A stretch of 64,000 bases of DNA from Patescibacteria group bacterium (GCA_022563395.1 JADFNM010000001.1:83891-147890), one strand, 5' to 3'. Positions 1-8,963 are shown, counted from the first letter of the stretch. Program-made: numbers and translations. Notes: generated by a model from the sequence alone, not told the origin.

Positions 1-1072
1 CATTGCGGCAGCTCCTACTACCTCTTTGCCAGAGGCCATTGGGGGAGTAAGGAATTGGGATTATCGGTTTTCCTGGATTCGAGACTCCTCTTTTACCTTG
101 CAAGCGCTTTTTCAAATGGGATATGTGAGGGAAGCACGAGCGTATGTGGATTGGCTGTTGGATGAATGCTGCAGCTTGAGAAACTTTGACCCAAAGGATG
201 TTCAAATTATGTACGGATTGCAGGGCGAGGTGAATCTAAGAGAGGAGATTCTCCCGCATTTTGAGGGATATAGAGGTTCAAAGCCCGTGCGCATTGGCAA
301 CTCGGCACATCTTCAAAAGCAGTGGGACATTTACGGTTCCATGTTAGACACAGTCTGGCGCATCCATTTAATGGATGAGAGCTACAAGATAGAAGAGAGC
401 ACCTGGAACATTCTTCGCAAGTTTGCAAACTATGTGGTGGAGATTTGGCGTCAGCCAGATGAGGGTCTCTGGGAAGTTCGCGGAGGAAGGCAGCACTTTG
501 TGTATTCCAAGGTTATGTGCTGGGTTGCCTTGGACCGTGCAATAAAGATCGCAAGAGAATACGGCTTTGAGGGAGAGGTTGAAGTGTGGGAAAAGGAGAA
601 GGAAGCCATTTTTTCTGCAGTCATGAAACAAGGATGGTCAGAACAAAAGCAGTCCTTTGTACAGAGTTTTGGTTCTCAGGATTTAGACGCCTCTTTGCTT
701 TTAATGCCCGTAGTTGGATTTATCAACGGGAAAGACAAGAGAATGATTTCTACCATCAAAGCTATTGAGAACGAACTTTCCGTGATGAATGGGCTTCTCT
801 TGCGCTATACCGCCAAAGACGGTCTGCCAGGTAGAGAAGGCGCTTTTCTGCCAGCTTCCTTTTGGTTGATTGATGCCTTAATTTTTGCTGGTGAAAAGTC
901 GAGGGCGAGAGTATATCTTGCAAGTTTAACAAAACTGGCAAACCATGTGGGGCTGTATTCAGAAGAGATCAACCCCAAAAGTCTGGAATTCTTGGGAAAC
1001 TTTCCCCAGGCCTATACCCACATTGGCTTGATTAACAGTGCCTTTTACTTGTATAATATAAAGGATCTATGA
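1..1072 (+). CDS. Glycoside hydrolase family 15 (glucoamylase/trehalase-like), 5' partial
   Basis: Motifs RNWDYRFSWIRD, PDEGLWEVRG, GLYSEE, LGNFPQAYTH; frame is open to the window start. Confidence 0.9.
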   Translation, partial: IAAAPTTSLPEAIGGVRNWDYRFSWIRDSSFTLQALFQMGYVREARAYVDWLLDECCSLRNFDPKDVQIMYGLQGEVNLREEILPHFEGYRGSKPVRIGNSAHLQKQWDIYGSMLDTVWRIHLMDESYKIEESTWNILRKFANYVVEIWRQPDEGLWEVRGGRQHFVYSKVMCWVALDRAIKIAREYGFEGEVEVWEKEKEAIFSAVMKQGWSEQKQSFVQSFGSQDLDASLLLMPVVGFINGKDKRMISTIKAIENELSVMNGLLLRYTAKDGLPGREGAFLPASFWLIDALIFAGEKSRARVYLASLTKLANHVGLYSEEINPKSLEFLGNFPQAYTHIGLINSAFYLYNIKDL

Positions 1073-2028
1073 AGTACGATCTCATCATTATTGGGTCTGG
1101 AGCGGCGGGTCTTTCTGCTGCGCTCTATGCGAGGCGCTACAAAATGGAAACCTTGGTGATTGAGGGGGAGTTTGGGGGTGAGACGGCCACTGCAGGAGCA
1201 ATTGAAAACTACCCTGGCATTCTATTCATTGATGGGTTTGATCTGGTAAAGGCAATGCAAAAGCAGGCAAAGGACATTGGAGCTGTGTTTGAAAAAGGAA
1301 AGGCAGAAAAGATCAGTTCTGATGGGAATTGTTTTACCGTTAAGGTTGGCGAAAAGGAATTTCAAGGCAACACTGTTATTCTTGCCATTGGCTCTCAGCG
1401 GCGTCACCTTGGCCTTCCCAATGAAAAGGAGTTAACCGGAAAGGGAGTGCATTACTGCGTCACGTGCGACGGCCCGGTATACAGCGGCAAAACGGTTGCC
1501 ATGGTTGGCGGGGGAGATTCTTCCGTGAAGGGAGTGAACTTTCTTTCTGAGTATGCTAAGAAAATCTATCTTATTGTCCGAGGGAAAGAAGTAATGGCAG
1601 AACCCGTGAACCTCGAGCGCATGAAAGCTCAGGGCAATAAGGTTGAGGTGTTGCTGGAAACTGAGGTTGCAGCGATTATGGGAGAAAAGTTCTTGGAGAA
1701 ACTCGTTCTTTCCAAGGAATACAAAGGATCAAGGGACCTGAAGGTGGATGGTATGTTTGTGGAAGTTGGTTTTGATCCCGACAAGACCTTTGCAGAACAG
1801 CTTGGTATTGAGTTGGATGAAAAAGGATATATGAAGGTGGATAATTTGATGAAAACAAATGTGCCGGGCGTATTTGCAGCAGGAGATACAACGAACCACT
1901 TTGGGAGATTTAAGCAGGACATTACGGCCGCAGCTCTTGGGTCGGTTGCTGCAACCTCTGCTTACGAGTATCATCAAACCCATGGAGATATCTGCGAACT
2001 GCATGGAAAGGTTCCAGATACTAAATAG
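1069..2028 (+). CDS. trxB: Thioredoxin-disulfide reductase
   Basis: GSGAAG FAD motif, CVTCDG redox centre, VGGGDS, GVFAAGD. Confidence 0.9.
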   Translation: MKYDLIIIGSGAAGLSAALYARRYKMETLVIEGEFGGETATAGAIENYPGILFIDGFDLVKAMQKQAKDIGAVFEKGKAEKISSDGNCFTVKVGEKEFQGNTVILAIGSQRRHLGLPNEKELTGKGVHYCVTCDGPVYSGKTVAMVGGGDSSVKGVNFLSEYAKKIYLIVRGKEVMAEPVNLERMKAQGNKVEVLLETEVAAIMGEKFLEKLVLSKEYKGSRDLKVDGMFVEVGFDPDKTFAEQLGIELDEKGYMKVDNLMKTNVPGVFAAGDTTNHFGRFKQDITAAALGSVAATSAYEYHQTHGDICELHGKVPDTK

Positions 2029-2049
2029 TTAAGGACACAGAGAATATAT

Positions 2050-2757
2050 ATGGTTAACAACCTTAAAGAATACAAAGAGCTGTTTTTGCCGGGTGCCATC
2101 GTGTTTGCGGCTTTGGTCATTGGAAGCTCCATTATTTACTTAGCTAATATGGGTGAAGGAAGTGTGCCAGAACGCGCAGGCTCGACCGCACAGCGAGAGA
2201 CTTCCACCAATACGGTGGATAACAACGGATCCACAGTTAACTTTACCATCGGCGTAAACGACCATATTCGGGGTAATCCCAATGCGAAAGTAACCTTGGT
2301 GGAGTTTTCGGATTTTGAGTGTCCTTTCTGTCAGCGTTTCCATCCTACGGTTCTTAGGGCTTTGTCGGAGTATGACGGAGATCTTCGCTGGGTGTACAAG
2401 CATTTTCCCTTAGACAATATTCATCCACAGGCACGTCCTGCAGCAGAAGCATCGGAATGCGTATGGGAGCAAAAGGGGGACGAGGGATTTTGGGAATTTG
2501 CAGATGCCATGTTTGAAAGCCAGAGTCGTTTGGGAAATGCGTTTTATGAAGAAGTTGCCTTAGGAATTGGGGTTAATCTTTCGCAGTTTCAAACCTGTGT
2601 TTCAGAAAGAAAGTACCAAGACAAGGTGGAGCAGGACTATCAGCAGGGAATACAGGGCGGGGTTGCAGGAACTCCAGGTTCTTTTGTGAACGGAGTGCCG
2701 GTGCGCGGGGCCATACCCTATTCTCAGTTGCAATCAATCATTGAAGCGCAACTCTGA
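2050..2757 (+). CDS. Membrane-anchored DsbA/BdbD-family thiol-disulfide oxidoreductase
   Basis: N-terminal TM helix, EFSDFECPFC, GTPGSFVNG cis-Pro loop. Confidence 0.88.
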   Translation: MVNNLKEYKELFLPGAIVFAALVIGSSIIYLANMGEGSVPERAGSTAQRETSTNTVDNNGSTVNFTIGVNDHIRGNPNAKVTLVEFSDFECPFCQRFHPTVLRALSEYDGDLRWVYKHFPLDNIHPQARPAAEASECVWEQKGDEGFWEFADAMFESQSRLGNAFYEEVALGIGVNLSQFQTCVSERKYQDKVEQDYQQGIQGGVAGTPGSFVNGVPVRGAIPYSQLQSIIEAQL

Positions 2758-3383
2758 TGGAAGAACAGCTATCAAAAAAAGAGAGGAAGGACTTAAGGCA
2801 CCAGGAAAAGCGCGAAGGACAAATACACGAACGAAGAATGAGAAAGACCAAAAAACTTGTTATCTGGGCAATTTCTCTTGGTGTTATTGCGGTGGCAGGG
2901 TGGTTTGGCATTCAAGCTTTGACCCCAGAACCTTTGGGCGAGGATTACTCCCGTGTAATACCTCAGGAAGGCGGAACGCATGTTCAGGAAGGAACGCGCG
3001 TTTTGTATCAGTCAAATCCACCAACATCGGGGAATCACTGGGCTACTCCTTTGCGAGACGGCATCTACGATGTAGAGAAGCCGGACGAGGCTGTAATCCA
3101 CAGCTTGGAGCATGGAAGGGTTTGGATTACCTACAAGCCCGACATTGGGCAGGAAGCCATTGCGGCTTTGAAGGACGCCGTAAAGGGGCAGTCTGGCACT
3201 ATCATGAGCCCGCGTGTAGCTAACGAGACTGACATTGCGTTGGCTGTGTGGACGAGACTCGATACGTTTAATCTTCGTGAGGACGGTACGCTTGATGCAA
3301 AGCGCGTTCGTGAGTTTATTCAACGCTATCGCAATAAAGGCCCAGAATATGTGCCTCAAAATACCGGCAAAACCTACGAATAA
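2757..3383 (+). CDS. DUF3105-family membrane-anchored protein
   Basis: YQSNPPTSGNHW and IHSLEHGRVWITY motifs after a TM helix. Confidence 0.8.
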   Translation: MEEQLSKKERKDLRHQEKREGQIHERRMRKTKKLVIWAISLGVIAVAGWFGIQALTPEPLGEDYSRVIPQEGGTHVQEGTRVLYQSNPPTSGNHWATPLRDGIYDVEKPDEAVIHSLEHGRVWITYKPDIGQEAIAALKDAVKGQSGTIMSPRVANETDIALAVWTRLDTFNLREDGTLDAKRVREFIQRYRNKGPEYVPQNTGKTYE

Positions 3384-3481
3384 TGAGCAGAAAGACACTG
3401 TATGTGTTGGGTTATTGAGAAACTGCTTTTTGGGTACAATTGACAAAGGTCGTTTTGTATAAGAAATAATAGAAAGTATAC

Positions 3482-3958
3482 ATGATGAATAAATACATTC
3501 TTATCGTTGGGATTGTTGCTGTAGCTGGAATCGGGTGGTATGTGTGGAGTACAGGTGCGTTCACGCAGGCTCCTGCGGACAGGGAAAGAGAAGAAGGTCT
3601 AGCAGAGATGAGTGAGCCGGAGGTGGTGAATGAGATAACAGTGAATCTTGAGGAACAGAATGGATCTGGCGAGAGCGGAATAGCAATTATCACGGAAGTG
3701 GAAACAGGAATAAGGGTTGTTTTGCGCTTGACCGGTGCGCCAGAGGGCGTAACACAGCCAGTACATATCCATGTGAATTCATGCACCGATATTGGTGGGG
3801 TTCAGTATCCTTTAGAGTTTACAGGAGATGGTTATTCTGAAACCATGCTTGAGGTTTCCATGGCTACATTGCAGGCTGGTCTGCCTTTGTCGATAAACGT
3901 GCATAAGTCAGATGAAGAAGCAAGTGTGTATGTTGCTTGTGGAGATATTGTGCTGTAA
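3482..3958 (+). CDS. Secreted/membrane-anchored protein, CHRD/Cu-Zn SOD-like fold
   Basis: Signal anchor; QPVHIHVNSC, INVHKS, VACGDI motifs. Confidence 0.55.
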   Translation: MMNKYILIVGIVAVAGIGWYVWSTGAFTQAPADREREEGLAEMSEPEVVNEITVNLEEQNGSGESGIAIITEVETGIRVVLRLTGAPEGVTQPVHIHVNSCTDIGGVQYPLEFTGDGYSETMLEVSMATLQAGLPLSINVHKSDEEASVYVACGDIVL

Positions 3959-3986
3959 CTGTTAATGGAATGTATTGAAAACAGAA

Positions 3987-4015
3987 CAAAGAGTCGTCCT
4001 TGAGGCGGCTTTTTG
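3987..4015 (+). terminator. Intrinsic terminator, similar to the tail hairpin of the composite repeat
   Basis: caaagagtcgtc-cttga-ggcggctttttg hairpin with U tract after the first gene cluster. Confidence 0.65.
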
Positions 4016-4200
4016 TAATGTTCAAGAATCGTCCCGGATTTGGATGGGGGGCTTGACTACTACTTTGGCTTTATTTAAGGTATAATAAGAACTTGAGGGG
4101 TAAACCCTCAAAACCTTGATGTTTCACTTCGTTCAACATTGAGAATGAGACGTAAAGAGAGGGAAAGGTCGTTTGGTATAACCTAACCATTATTCATAAT

Positions 4201-4368
4201 ATGGCTGATCCTACTGAGGGATACTGTGTAAAGTGTAAGGCAAAAAGAGAGATACAGGGTGCCAGAGAGGTTCCCATGAAGGGAAAGGGCGGAAAAACAC
4301 GGAGAGCTATGACAGGCACCTGCCCAAAATGCGGCACGAAGATGTTCCGAATTTTGGGGAATAAGTAA
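4201..4368 (+). CDS. Small zinc-ribbon protein (DUF5679-like), 55 aa, absent from the ORF track
   Basis: Hand translation MADPTEGYCVKCKAKREIQ...TGTCPKCGTKMFRILGNK; two CxxC pairs. Confidence 0.8.
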   Translation: MADPTEGYCVKCKAKREIQGAREVPMKGKGGKTRRAMTGTCPKCGTKMFRILGNK

Positions 4369-4390
4369 ACTATTAAGAAGGCTATTTTGC

Positions 4391-4454
4391 AACCCCGCCC
4401 TCTATGCTGTCGGAGTGATAAGTAGGTCATCCAAACAGCTTAGAGGGCGGGGTT
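4391..4454. repeat. Nested hairpin repeat, copy 1
   Basis: aaccccgccctcta...tagagggcggggtt terminal inverted repeats; interior shared with 6666-6768. Confidence 0.85.
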
Positions 4455-4463
4455 TGTGTTGGC

Positions 4464-5318
4464 ATGAAAGTTACTCTGATTGTTCTAGTGTTCCTGGGGG
4501 CAAGCTTTATCGCCCCAGTCCTTTGGAGCGAAGTTCTTTTTAGCCCCTCTTTGGAGCTTGCTTTCTTTGATGTTGGGCAAGGAGACGCCATATTCTTTGA
4601 AACGCCACAGGGCCACCAGGTTCTCATTGATGGAGGACCGGATGCGAAGGTTCTTTTAAGGCTTGGAGAGGTTATGCCCTTTTGGGATAAGACCATCGAT
4701 CTTGTTGTTTTAACTCATCCCGATGCAGATCATGTTGCGGGATTGGTGAATGTGCTTTTGAGCTATGAGGTTAAGAATGTTCTCTGGACCGGCAAGAGAA
4801 AGGATACCAAGGTATTTAAGGCTTTTGAGAAGGCCTTGAAAAAAGAGGGCACGCAAGAGATTCTGGCTAAAGCAGGACAAAGAATTGTGTTTGAGGGATC
4901 TGAAGCCGTGCTTGAGATTCTGTATCCAGAGCAGGGAATTGATATTCAGAAAGAAAAGAGCAACGAAACCTCTATTATTGCAAGATTAGTATATGGAGAG
5001 CACGAAGTCCTTCTTTTGGGAGACACGACAAAGAAGATAGAGAAAAGGGTGGTTAAAGCAGAAAGTGAGCTTGTAGCTGATATTCTGAAGATTGCTCATC
5101 ATGGTTCCAAAACCTCAACTGCCCGGGAGCTTTTGGGGGCGGTGGGACCTTCTACCGCGATCATTTCCGTTGGCAAGGATAATAGATTTGGACATCCACA
5201 TCCAGAAGTTCTTGCGAATTTGGCGGAATATGGTATAAAAGTACGCAGAACAGACCAAGAGGGTACTATTCTATTTTATTTCCCCCTACCTAAATTCCAT
5301 TCAGGTGGGGATAACTAA
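4464..5318 (+). CDS. ComEC/Rec2-type metallo-beta-lactamase-fold hydrolase
   Basis: FDVGQGDA, THPDADHVAG, KIAHHGSKTS, NRFGHPH, RTDQEG motifs. Confidence 0.88.
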   Translation: MKVTLIVLVFLGASFIAPVLWSEVLFSPSLELAFFDVGQGDAIFFETPQGHQVLIDGGPDAKVLLRLGEVMPFWDKTIDLVVLTHPDADHVAGLVNVLLSYEVKNVLWTGKRKDTKVFKAFEKALKKEGTQEILAKAGQRIVFEGSEAVLEILYPEQGIDIQKEKSNETSIIARLVYGEHEVLLLGDTTKKIEKRVVKAESELVADILKIAHHGSKTSTARELLGAVGPSTAIISVGKDNRFGHPHPEVLANLAEYGIKVRRTDQEGTILFYFPLPKFHSGGDN

Positions 5319-5380
5319 ATAGAATTTAAGCAAATACGATTATATTTTTATTTGTGTGTTGCCTAAATGAGATTTAGGCA
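5289..5380. repeat. 17-bp box cluster (three boxes; DnaA-box-like spacer between the first two)
   Basis: cctaaattccattcagg 5289, actaaatagaatttaag 5314, cctaaatgagatttagg 5362. Confidence 0.8.
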
Positions 5381-5392
5381 GAATGGATTATC

Positions 5393-6487
5393 ATGGAGCA
5401 ACCAAACGCAGGGAAAATTGAATTCCCGCTTTTTAAAACGAAAATCGTAGGGCTTGACCGAACATTTAATCTTACCAGCCCTCAAGAGCAAAAGGAGTAT
5501 TTTGAAGCAAAAGCAGGAGAGGAGATTGCGAAGCTTCAAAAGTACCTTTCTTTAAATACCTTCATTGCGTATTTTCTTGGTAAAAAAAATGCCGGCAAAG
5601 GAACATATTCAAAAATGTTTGCTGAACTTGTTGGCCCAGAACGTATCTCTCACGTTGCCATAGGAGACATCGTACGAGATCTAGATAGCGTTATTCAGGA
5701 TCCTGCGAGAAAGAAAGAACTCCTCACCTTTCTTGAAAAGTCTTATCGGGGATGGGTTTCTCTTGATGATATTATCTCAAGCCTTGAAAACCGGAGTACC
5801 CAATCCCTTCTTCCAACCGAACTTATTTTAGCTCTTGTAAAGAAGGAAATAGCAAAAAGAGAGAAGAAGGCGATTTTTCTTGACGGATTTCCACGTACGT
5901 TGGATCAAATTTCATATTCCTTGTTCTTTCGCGACCTGGTTGGGTACCGAGACGACCCAGACTTTTTCACCCTCATTGATGTGCCTACAAGCGTGATTGA
6001 TGAGAGAATTAAATGGCGAAGAATATGCCCCGTGGACCAAACTTCAAGAAACCTAAAACTTCTTTCAACGCTTAAGGTAGGATACAAAGAAGATACAAAA
6101 GAATTTTATCTTATCTGTGATCATCCAAATCATGGCGGCAAGGAAATTGAAATGGTACCAAAGGAGGGGGACGAGCTCGGCACAGGGCCCATCAAAGCAC
6201 GTTTAAAGATGGATGCAAAACTCATGGAGCAGGCATTCAACTTGCATGGAATTCCGAAAATCCTATTGCGAAATACCGTACCCGTAAATGCAGCACATGA
6301 ATACATTGATGATTACGAAATTACTCCGGAGTATGTGTATGAGTGGCAAGAACAAGAGCAGAAAGTAAAAGTTCTTGAGAAGCCGTGGGTGGTTAAAGAC
6401 GATAAAGGAGTTTCTTCATATAGTCTTCTGCCTCAAGCCGTAGTGGTTTCTCTCATCAAACAAATGGTTCGGGTATTGGGATTGTGA
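5393..6487 (+). CDS. Long adenylate-kinase-like nucleoside monophosphate kinase
   Basis: P-loop GKKNAGKGT, LDGFPRT, lid-like WRRICPVD. Confidence 0.75.
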   Translation: MEQPNAGKIEFPLFKTKIVGLDRTFNLTSPQEQKEYFEAKAGEEIAKLQKYLSLNTFIAYFLGKKNAGKGTYSKMFAELVGPERISHVAIGDIVRDLDSVIQDPARKKELLTFLEKSYRGWVSLDDIISSLENRSTQSLLPTELILALVKKEIAKREKKAIFLDGFPRTLDQISYSLFFRDLVGYRDDPDFFTLIDVPTSVIDERIKWRRICPVDQTSRNLKLLSTLKVGYKEDTKEFYLICDHPNHGGKEIEMVPKEGDELGTGPIKARLKMDAKLMEQAFNLHGIPKILLRNTVPVNAAHEYIDDYEITPEYVYEWQEQEQKVKVLEKPWVVKDDKGVSSYSLLPQAVVVSLIKQMVRVLGL

Positions 6488-6532
6488 GGTTGATTTGACG
6501 AGGTCCCTTACCTCTGTGGTACAATACAAGAA

Positions 6533-6661
6533 GCCCCGTTCTTCTTTTAAATTTTCCGCTATATCTTTCTTAGGAAGCTGGGCAGAGTGTGACCCGTGGG
6601 TTACACCTCACCGTGGCATCCACTTAGACCTTTGTCGGAAATATTTATAGGAGAATAGGGC
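6533..6661 (+). ncRNA. Candidate rod-shaped ncRNA (6S-like)
   Basis: Extended -10 tggtacaat at 6517-6525; 5' gcccc-gttcttc-taaat-tttccg pairs with 3' cggaaa-attta-ggagaat-gggc; apical gtgtgacc/ggttacac stem. Confidence 0.45.
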
Positions 6662-6665
6662 GTAC

Positions 6666-6768
6666 AGCCCCGCCCTCTATGCTGCCGGAATGATGTCGTT
6701 GCGTTTATTGCAAAGATGAACCAGCGCAATGATAAGTAGGTCATTCAGACGGCTTAGAGGGCGGGGTT
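6666..6768. repeat. Nested hairpin repeat, copy 2, with an extra 39-bp internal stem
   Basis: Same terminal IRs and interior as 4391-4454 plus an insertion flanked by aatgat. Confidence 0.85.
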
Positions 6769-6804
6769 TTGCTTTCCGATAACTTTTTTTGTTACAATAT
6801 ACCA

Positions 6805-7368
6805 ATGAACATTTTCCCCCACATCTTAAATAGGGGACTGGCCCACGTGGTAAGATTCAGCTCTATTCCCCAGCATTTTCCAGAGAGCGTGGCAGAGCAT
6901 TCCTTTTACACCGCTTACTATGTTTCCCTGCTCTGTGATATTTTGGAAAAAGCAGACATTGAGATAAACCGAGAGAAAGCAGTCACCATGGCTTTGATTC
7001 ACGACACAGAGGAGATGTTTTCAGGCGACATCCTCACTCCATTTAAGCATTATTCAAACGAGGTAAAAGAAACCATCCAAAAGGTGAACCGCGAGGTCAT
7101 CCCTCAGGTGTATGAGGGATTGCCAAAAGACATGAAAGAGAAATACATTGCCCTCTGGAATGAAGATTCAAATGGGGAGAGTATGGAGGCAAAGATAGTA
7201 AAAGTTGCAGACAGACTATCTCTACTTTCAAAGTGTGCTGAAGAGGTAAAGGTGGGAAACGGATACTTTGAGAATATTTACGAGAGCCAGTTGAAACTAC
7301 TTAAAGATTATGATGCTTCCTGGTGGCAGAAGATAAAAGAGCAGGTCCTCCCCAAGAGTGCTGCTTAA
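6805..7368 (+). CDS. HD-domain 5'-deoxynucleotidase (YfbR-like)
   Basis: ESVAEHS, ALIHDTEE, GDILTPFK, VKVADRL; ATG 6805 follows a TACAAT box. Confidence 0.85.
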   Translation: MNIFPHILNRGLAHVVRFSSIPQHFPESVAEHSFYTAYYVSLLCDILEKADIEINREKAVTMALIHDTEEMFSGDILTPFKHYSNEVKETIQKVNREVIPQVYEGLPKDMKEKYIALWNEDSNGESMEAKIVKVADRLSLLSKCAEEVKVGNGYFENIYESQLKLLKDYDASWWQKIKEQVLPKSAA

Positions 7369-7380
7369 ACGAGATTTAGG
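7364..7380. repeat. Single 17-bp box at convergent gene ends
   Basis: cttaaacgagatttagg; contains the stop codons of both convergent genes. Confidence 0.85.
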
Positions 7381-7658
7381 ATGCGCTGAGCTTCTTGCTT
7401 CAGGAGTGGTCCTTCGTATTCTCCACTGTGGGCAGAGCTGCCTTGGTAGGAAGGTTGTTTTTGGTCTAAATGAAGTTTAATGATTGCCTCGTCATCCGTA
7501 GTTGTGGCGTAGAGGTGAAATCGTGGGTATCTTCTGCCCGTAAGAGACCGAAAAAACCGGAGTTCACCGGTTCTGCTGTCTTGTCCGTCTGGGGCATACC
7601 TACATTTCCTCATGATATTGAGAAGGTGTTCCTTTTTAAGAGAGATTGTGAATTTCAT
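7365..7658 (-). CDS. Hypothetical protein
   Basis: ORF from MKFTISL with YPRFHLY and HLDQKQPSY..HSGEYEG motifs; the longer start overlaps tRNA-Pro. Confidence 0.7.
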   Translation of the reverse strand: MKFTISLKKEHLLNIMRKCRYAPDGQDSRTGELRFFRSLTGRRYPRFHLYATTTDDEAIIKLHLDQKQPSYQGSSAHSGEYEGPLLKQEAQRILNLV

Positions 7659-7692
7659 GTATAAACTGCTTGGCTTGATAAAATCACCCTTG

Positions 7693-7763
7693 TCGGGGAG
7701 CCGGGAATCGGACCCGGGCTGTACGCACCCCATGCGTACGTACTACCATTATACTACTCCCCG
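7693..7763 (-). tRNA. tRNA-Pro(GGG), CCA not encoded
   Basis: Cloverleaf cggggag/ctccccg; anticodon arm tacgc-atGGGgt-gcgta; T loop tccgatt. Confidence 0.9.
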
Positions 7764-7922
7764 TCATTTTTTAAGGTATCCGCCTTCGGCGGACCCGGGG
7801 AAACCCTTCTTATGCCGTCGCCTCAGCGGCGACATGGCAAATTAAGGTAGGTTTCCCGCTAAAAACCACGCAGGTGGTTTTTAGCCCCCATGGACTTGTG
7901 CTGCCGTTGCACTATGCCCCGA

Positions 7923-8108
7923 TTATGTTTTTGCCAATGCCTTCTTGCATTTAGCACAAAGTTTCACGCGTTCTCCCGAAGCCAACTTTGCCCACTGGAG
8001 ATTGGGTTTCTGGATTCTCTTTACGGTAGGGTTGTACTTACCACGGAGCTTTACTAATCTCCAGGCAAGGTTTCTGCCTTTGCCGCACTGTGTACATCGC
8101 TGTGCCAT
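7923..8108 (-). CDS. rpmB: 50S ribosomal protein L28
   Basis: CTQCGK...KRIQKPNLQ...LCAKC. Confidence 0.88.
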   Translation of the reverse strand: MAQRCTQCGKGRNLAWRLVKLRGKYNPTVKRIQKPNLQWAKLASGERVKLCAKCKKALAKT

Positions 8109-8116
8109 ATAACCAC

Positions 8117-8145
8117 AATATAGTATTTTGAAAGCTAAATGTCAA
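8117..8145 (-). promoter_or_regulatory. sigma70 promoter of rpmB
   Basis: TTGACA-17-TATATT on the minus strand, 8 nt before the ATG. Confidence 0.7.
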
Positions 8146-8254
8146 AATCTCTCGCTTCGCAAGATATGGCGCAGCCAGACAAATTCCAAACAAACTCAAA
8201 ATATTAAATACTAAATACTAGATACTAGATACAAAGTATGATAGAATAAGCCGT

Positions 8255-8878
8255 ATGGAATTTATATTCCTCATTGCTATCTTAATATTCTCTGTGGTAA
8301 TCCACGAAGTCTCCCACGGCGTTGTAGCCAATGCCCTAGGTGACCCCACGGCAAAGAATGCAGGAAGGCTAACCTTAAACCCCATTCCTCACTTAGATCC
8401 CATAGGTTCCATTCTCTTGCCGGGGTTTCTTATTTTAATGTCCCAGCTTGGAGGTGGGGGAATTATCTTTGGCTGGGCAAAACCGGTTCCGGTCAATCCC
8501 ATGAATCTTAAGGGGAAATATGGTTCTGCTTTGGTAAGCATAGCAGGGCCTGGTTCCAATCTTGCTATTGCCCTGATTTTTGGCTTGGCTCTGCGTTTTT
8601 TGCCTTTAGTAGAGCTCAATCCAGCTCTGGTCTTAATCTTTTCTTATATTGTCTTCTTAAACATCCTGTTGGCAATATTTAACCTCTTGCCTATTCCTCC
8701 CCTCGACGGTTCCCACGTTTTGTTTACCTTTCTGCCCCGTTCGTTTGACGCTTTGAGAATCTTTCTCTCCCGGTTTGGTCTTTTTGTCTTACTCTTTGTT
8801 ATTTTCTTTTTCTTTGGTTTTGTGTCTTATGTAGTGAACCTCATCTTTAGCCTTATTGTCGGTACCCCATTTTTCTAG
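8255..8878 (+). CDS. Site-2 protease (M50)
   Basis: HEVSH zinc motif, NLLPIPPLDG, multiple TM helices. Confidence 0.9.
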   Translation: MEFIFLIAILIFSVVIHEVSHGVVANALGDPTAKNAGRLTLNPIPHLDPIGSILLPGFLILMSQLGGGGIIFGWAKPVPVNPMNLKGKYGSALVSIAGPGSNLAIALIFGLALRFLPLVELNPALVLIFSYIVFLNILLAIFNLLPIPPLDGSHVLFTFLPRSFDALRIFLSRFGLFVLLFVIFFFFGFVSYVVNLIFSLIVGTPFF

Positions 8879-8892
8879 GGAATGAGCCGTAT

Positions 8893-8909
8893 CCTTAATT
8901 TCGTTAAGT
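8893..8909. repeat. Single 17-bp box just upstream of the rpsL -35
   Basis: ccttaatttcgttaagt. Confidence 0.7.
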
Positions 8910-8913
8910 TTTA

Positions 8914-8942
8914 TTGACAAAACATGGGAGTTTTGATAAGCT
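8914..8942 (+). promoter_or_regulatory. sigma70 promoter of the str operon
   Basis: TTGACA-17-TAAGCT with extended TG. Confidence 0.65.
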
Positions 8943-8963
8943 TCTGTGTGAAAATTGTTTCAT

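Noticed and set aside
6533..6661. SRP (4.5S) RNA
   Set aside because: No helix-8 motif with GNRA tetraloop recognisable.
4391..6768. Autonomous IS200/IS605 or composite transposon
   Set aside because: No tnpA/tnpB; the enclosed genes look chromosomal.
8205..8232. 7-bp microsatellites (taRatac x4; tgaaac-type at 19941-20000 and 50409-50436)
   Set aside because: Short low-copy repeats with no supportable function.
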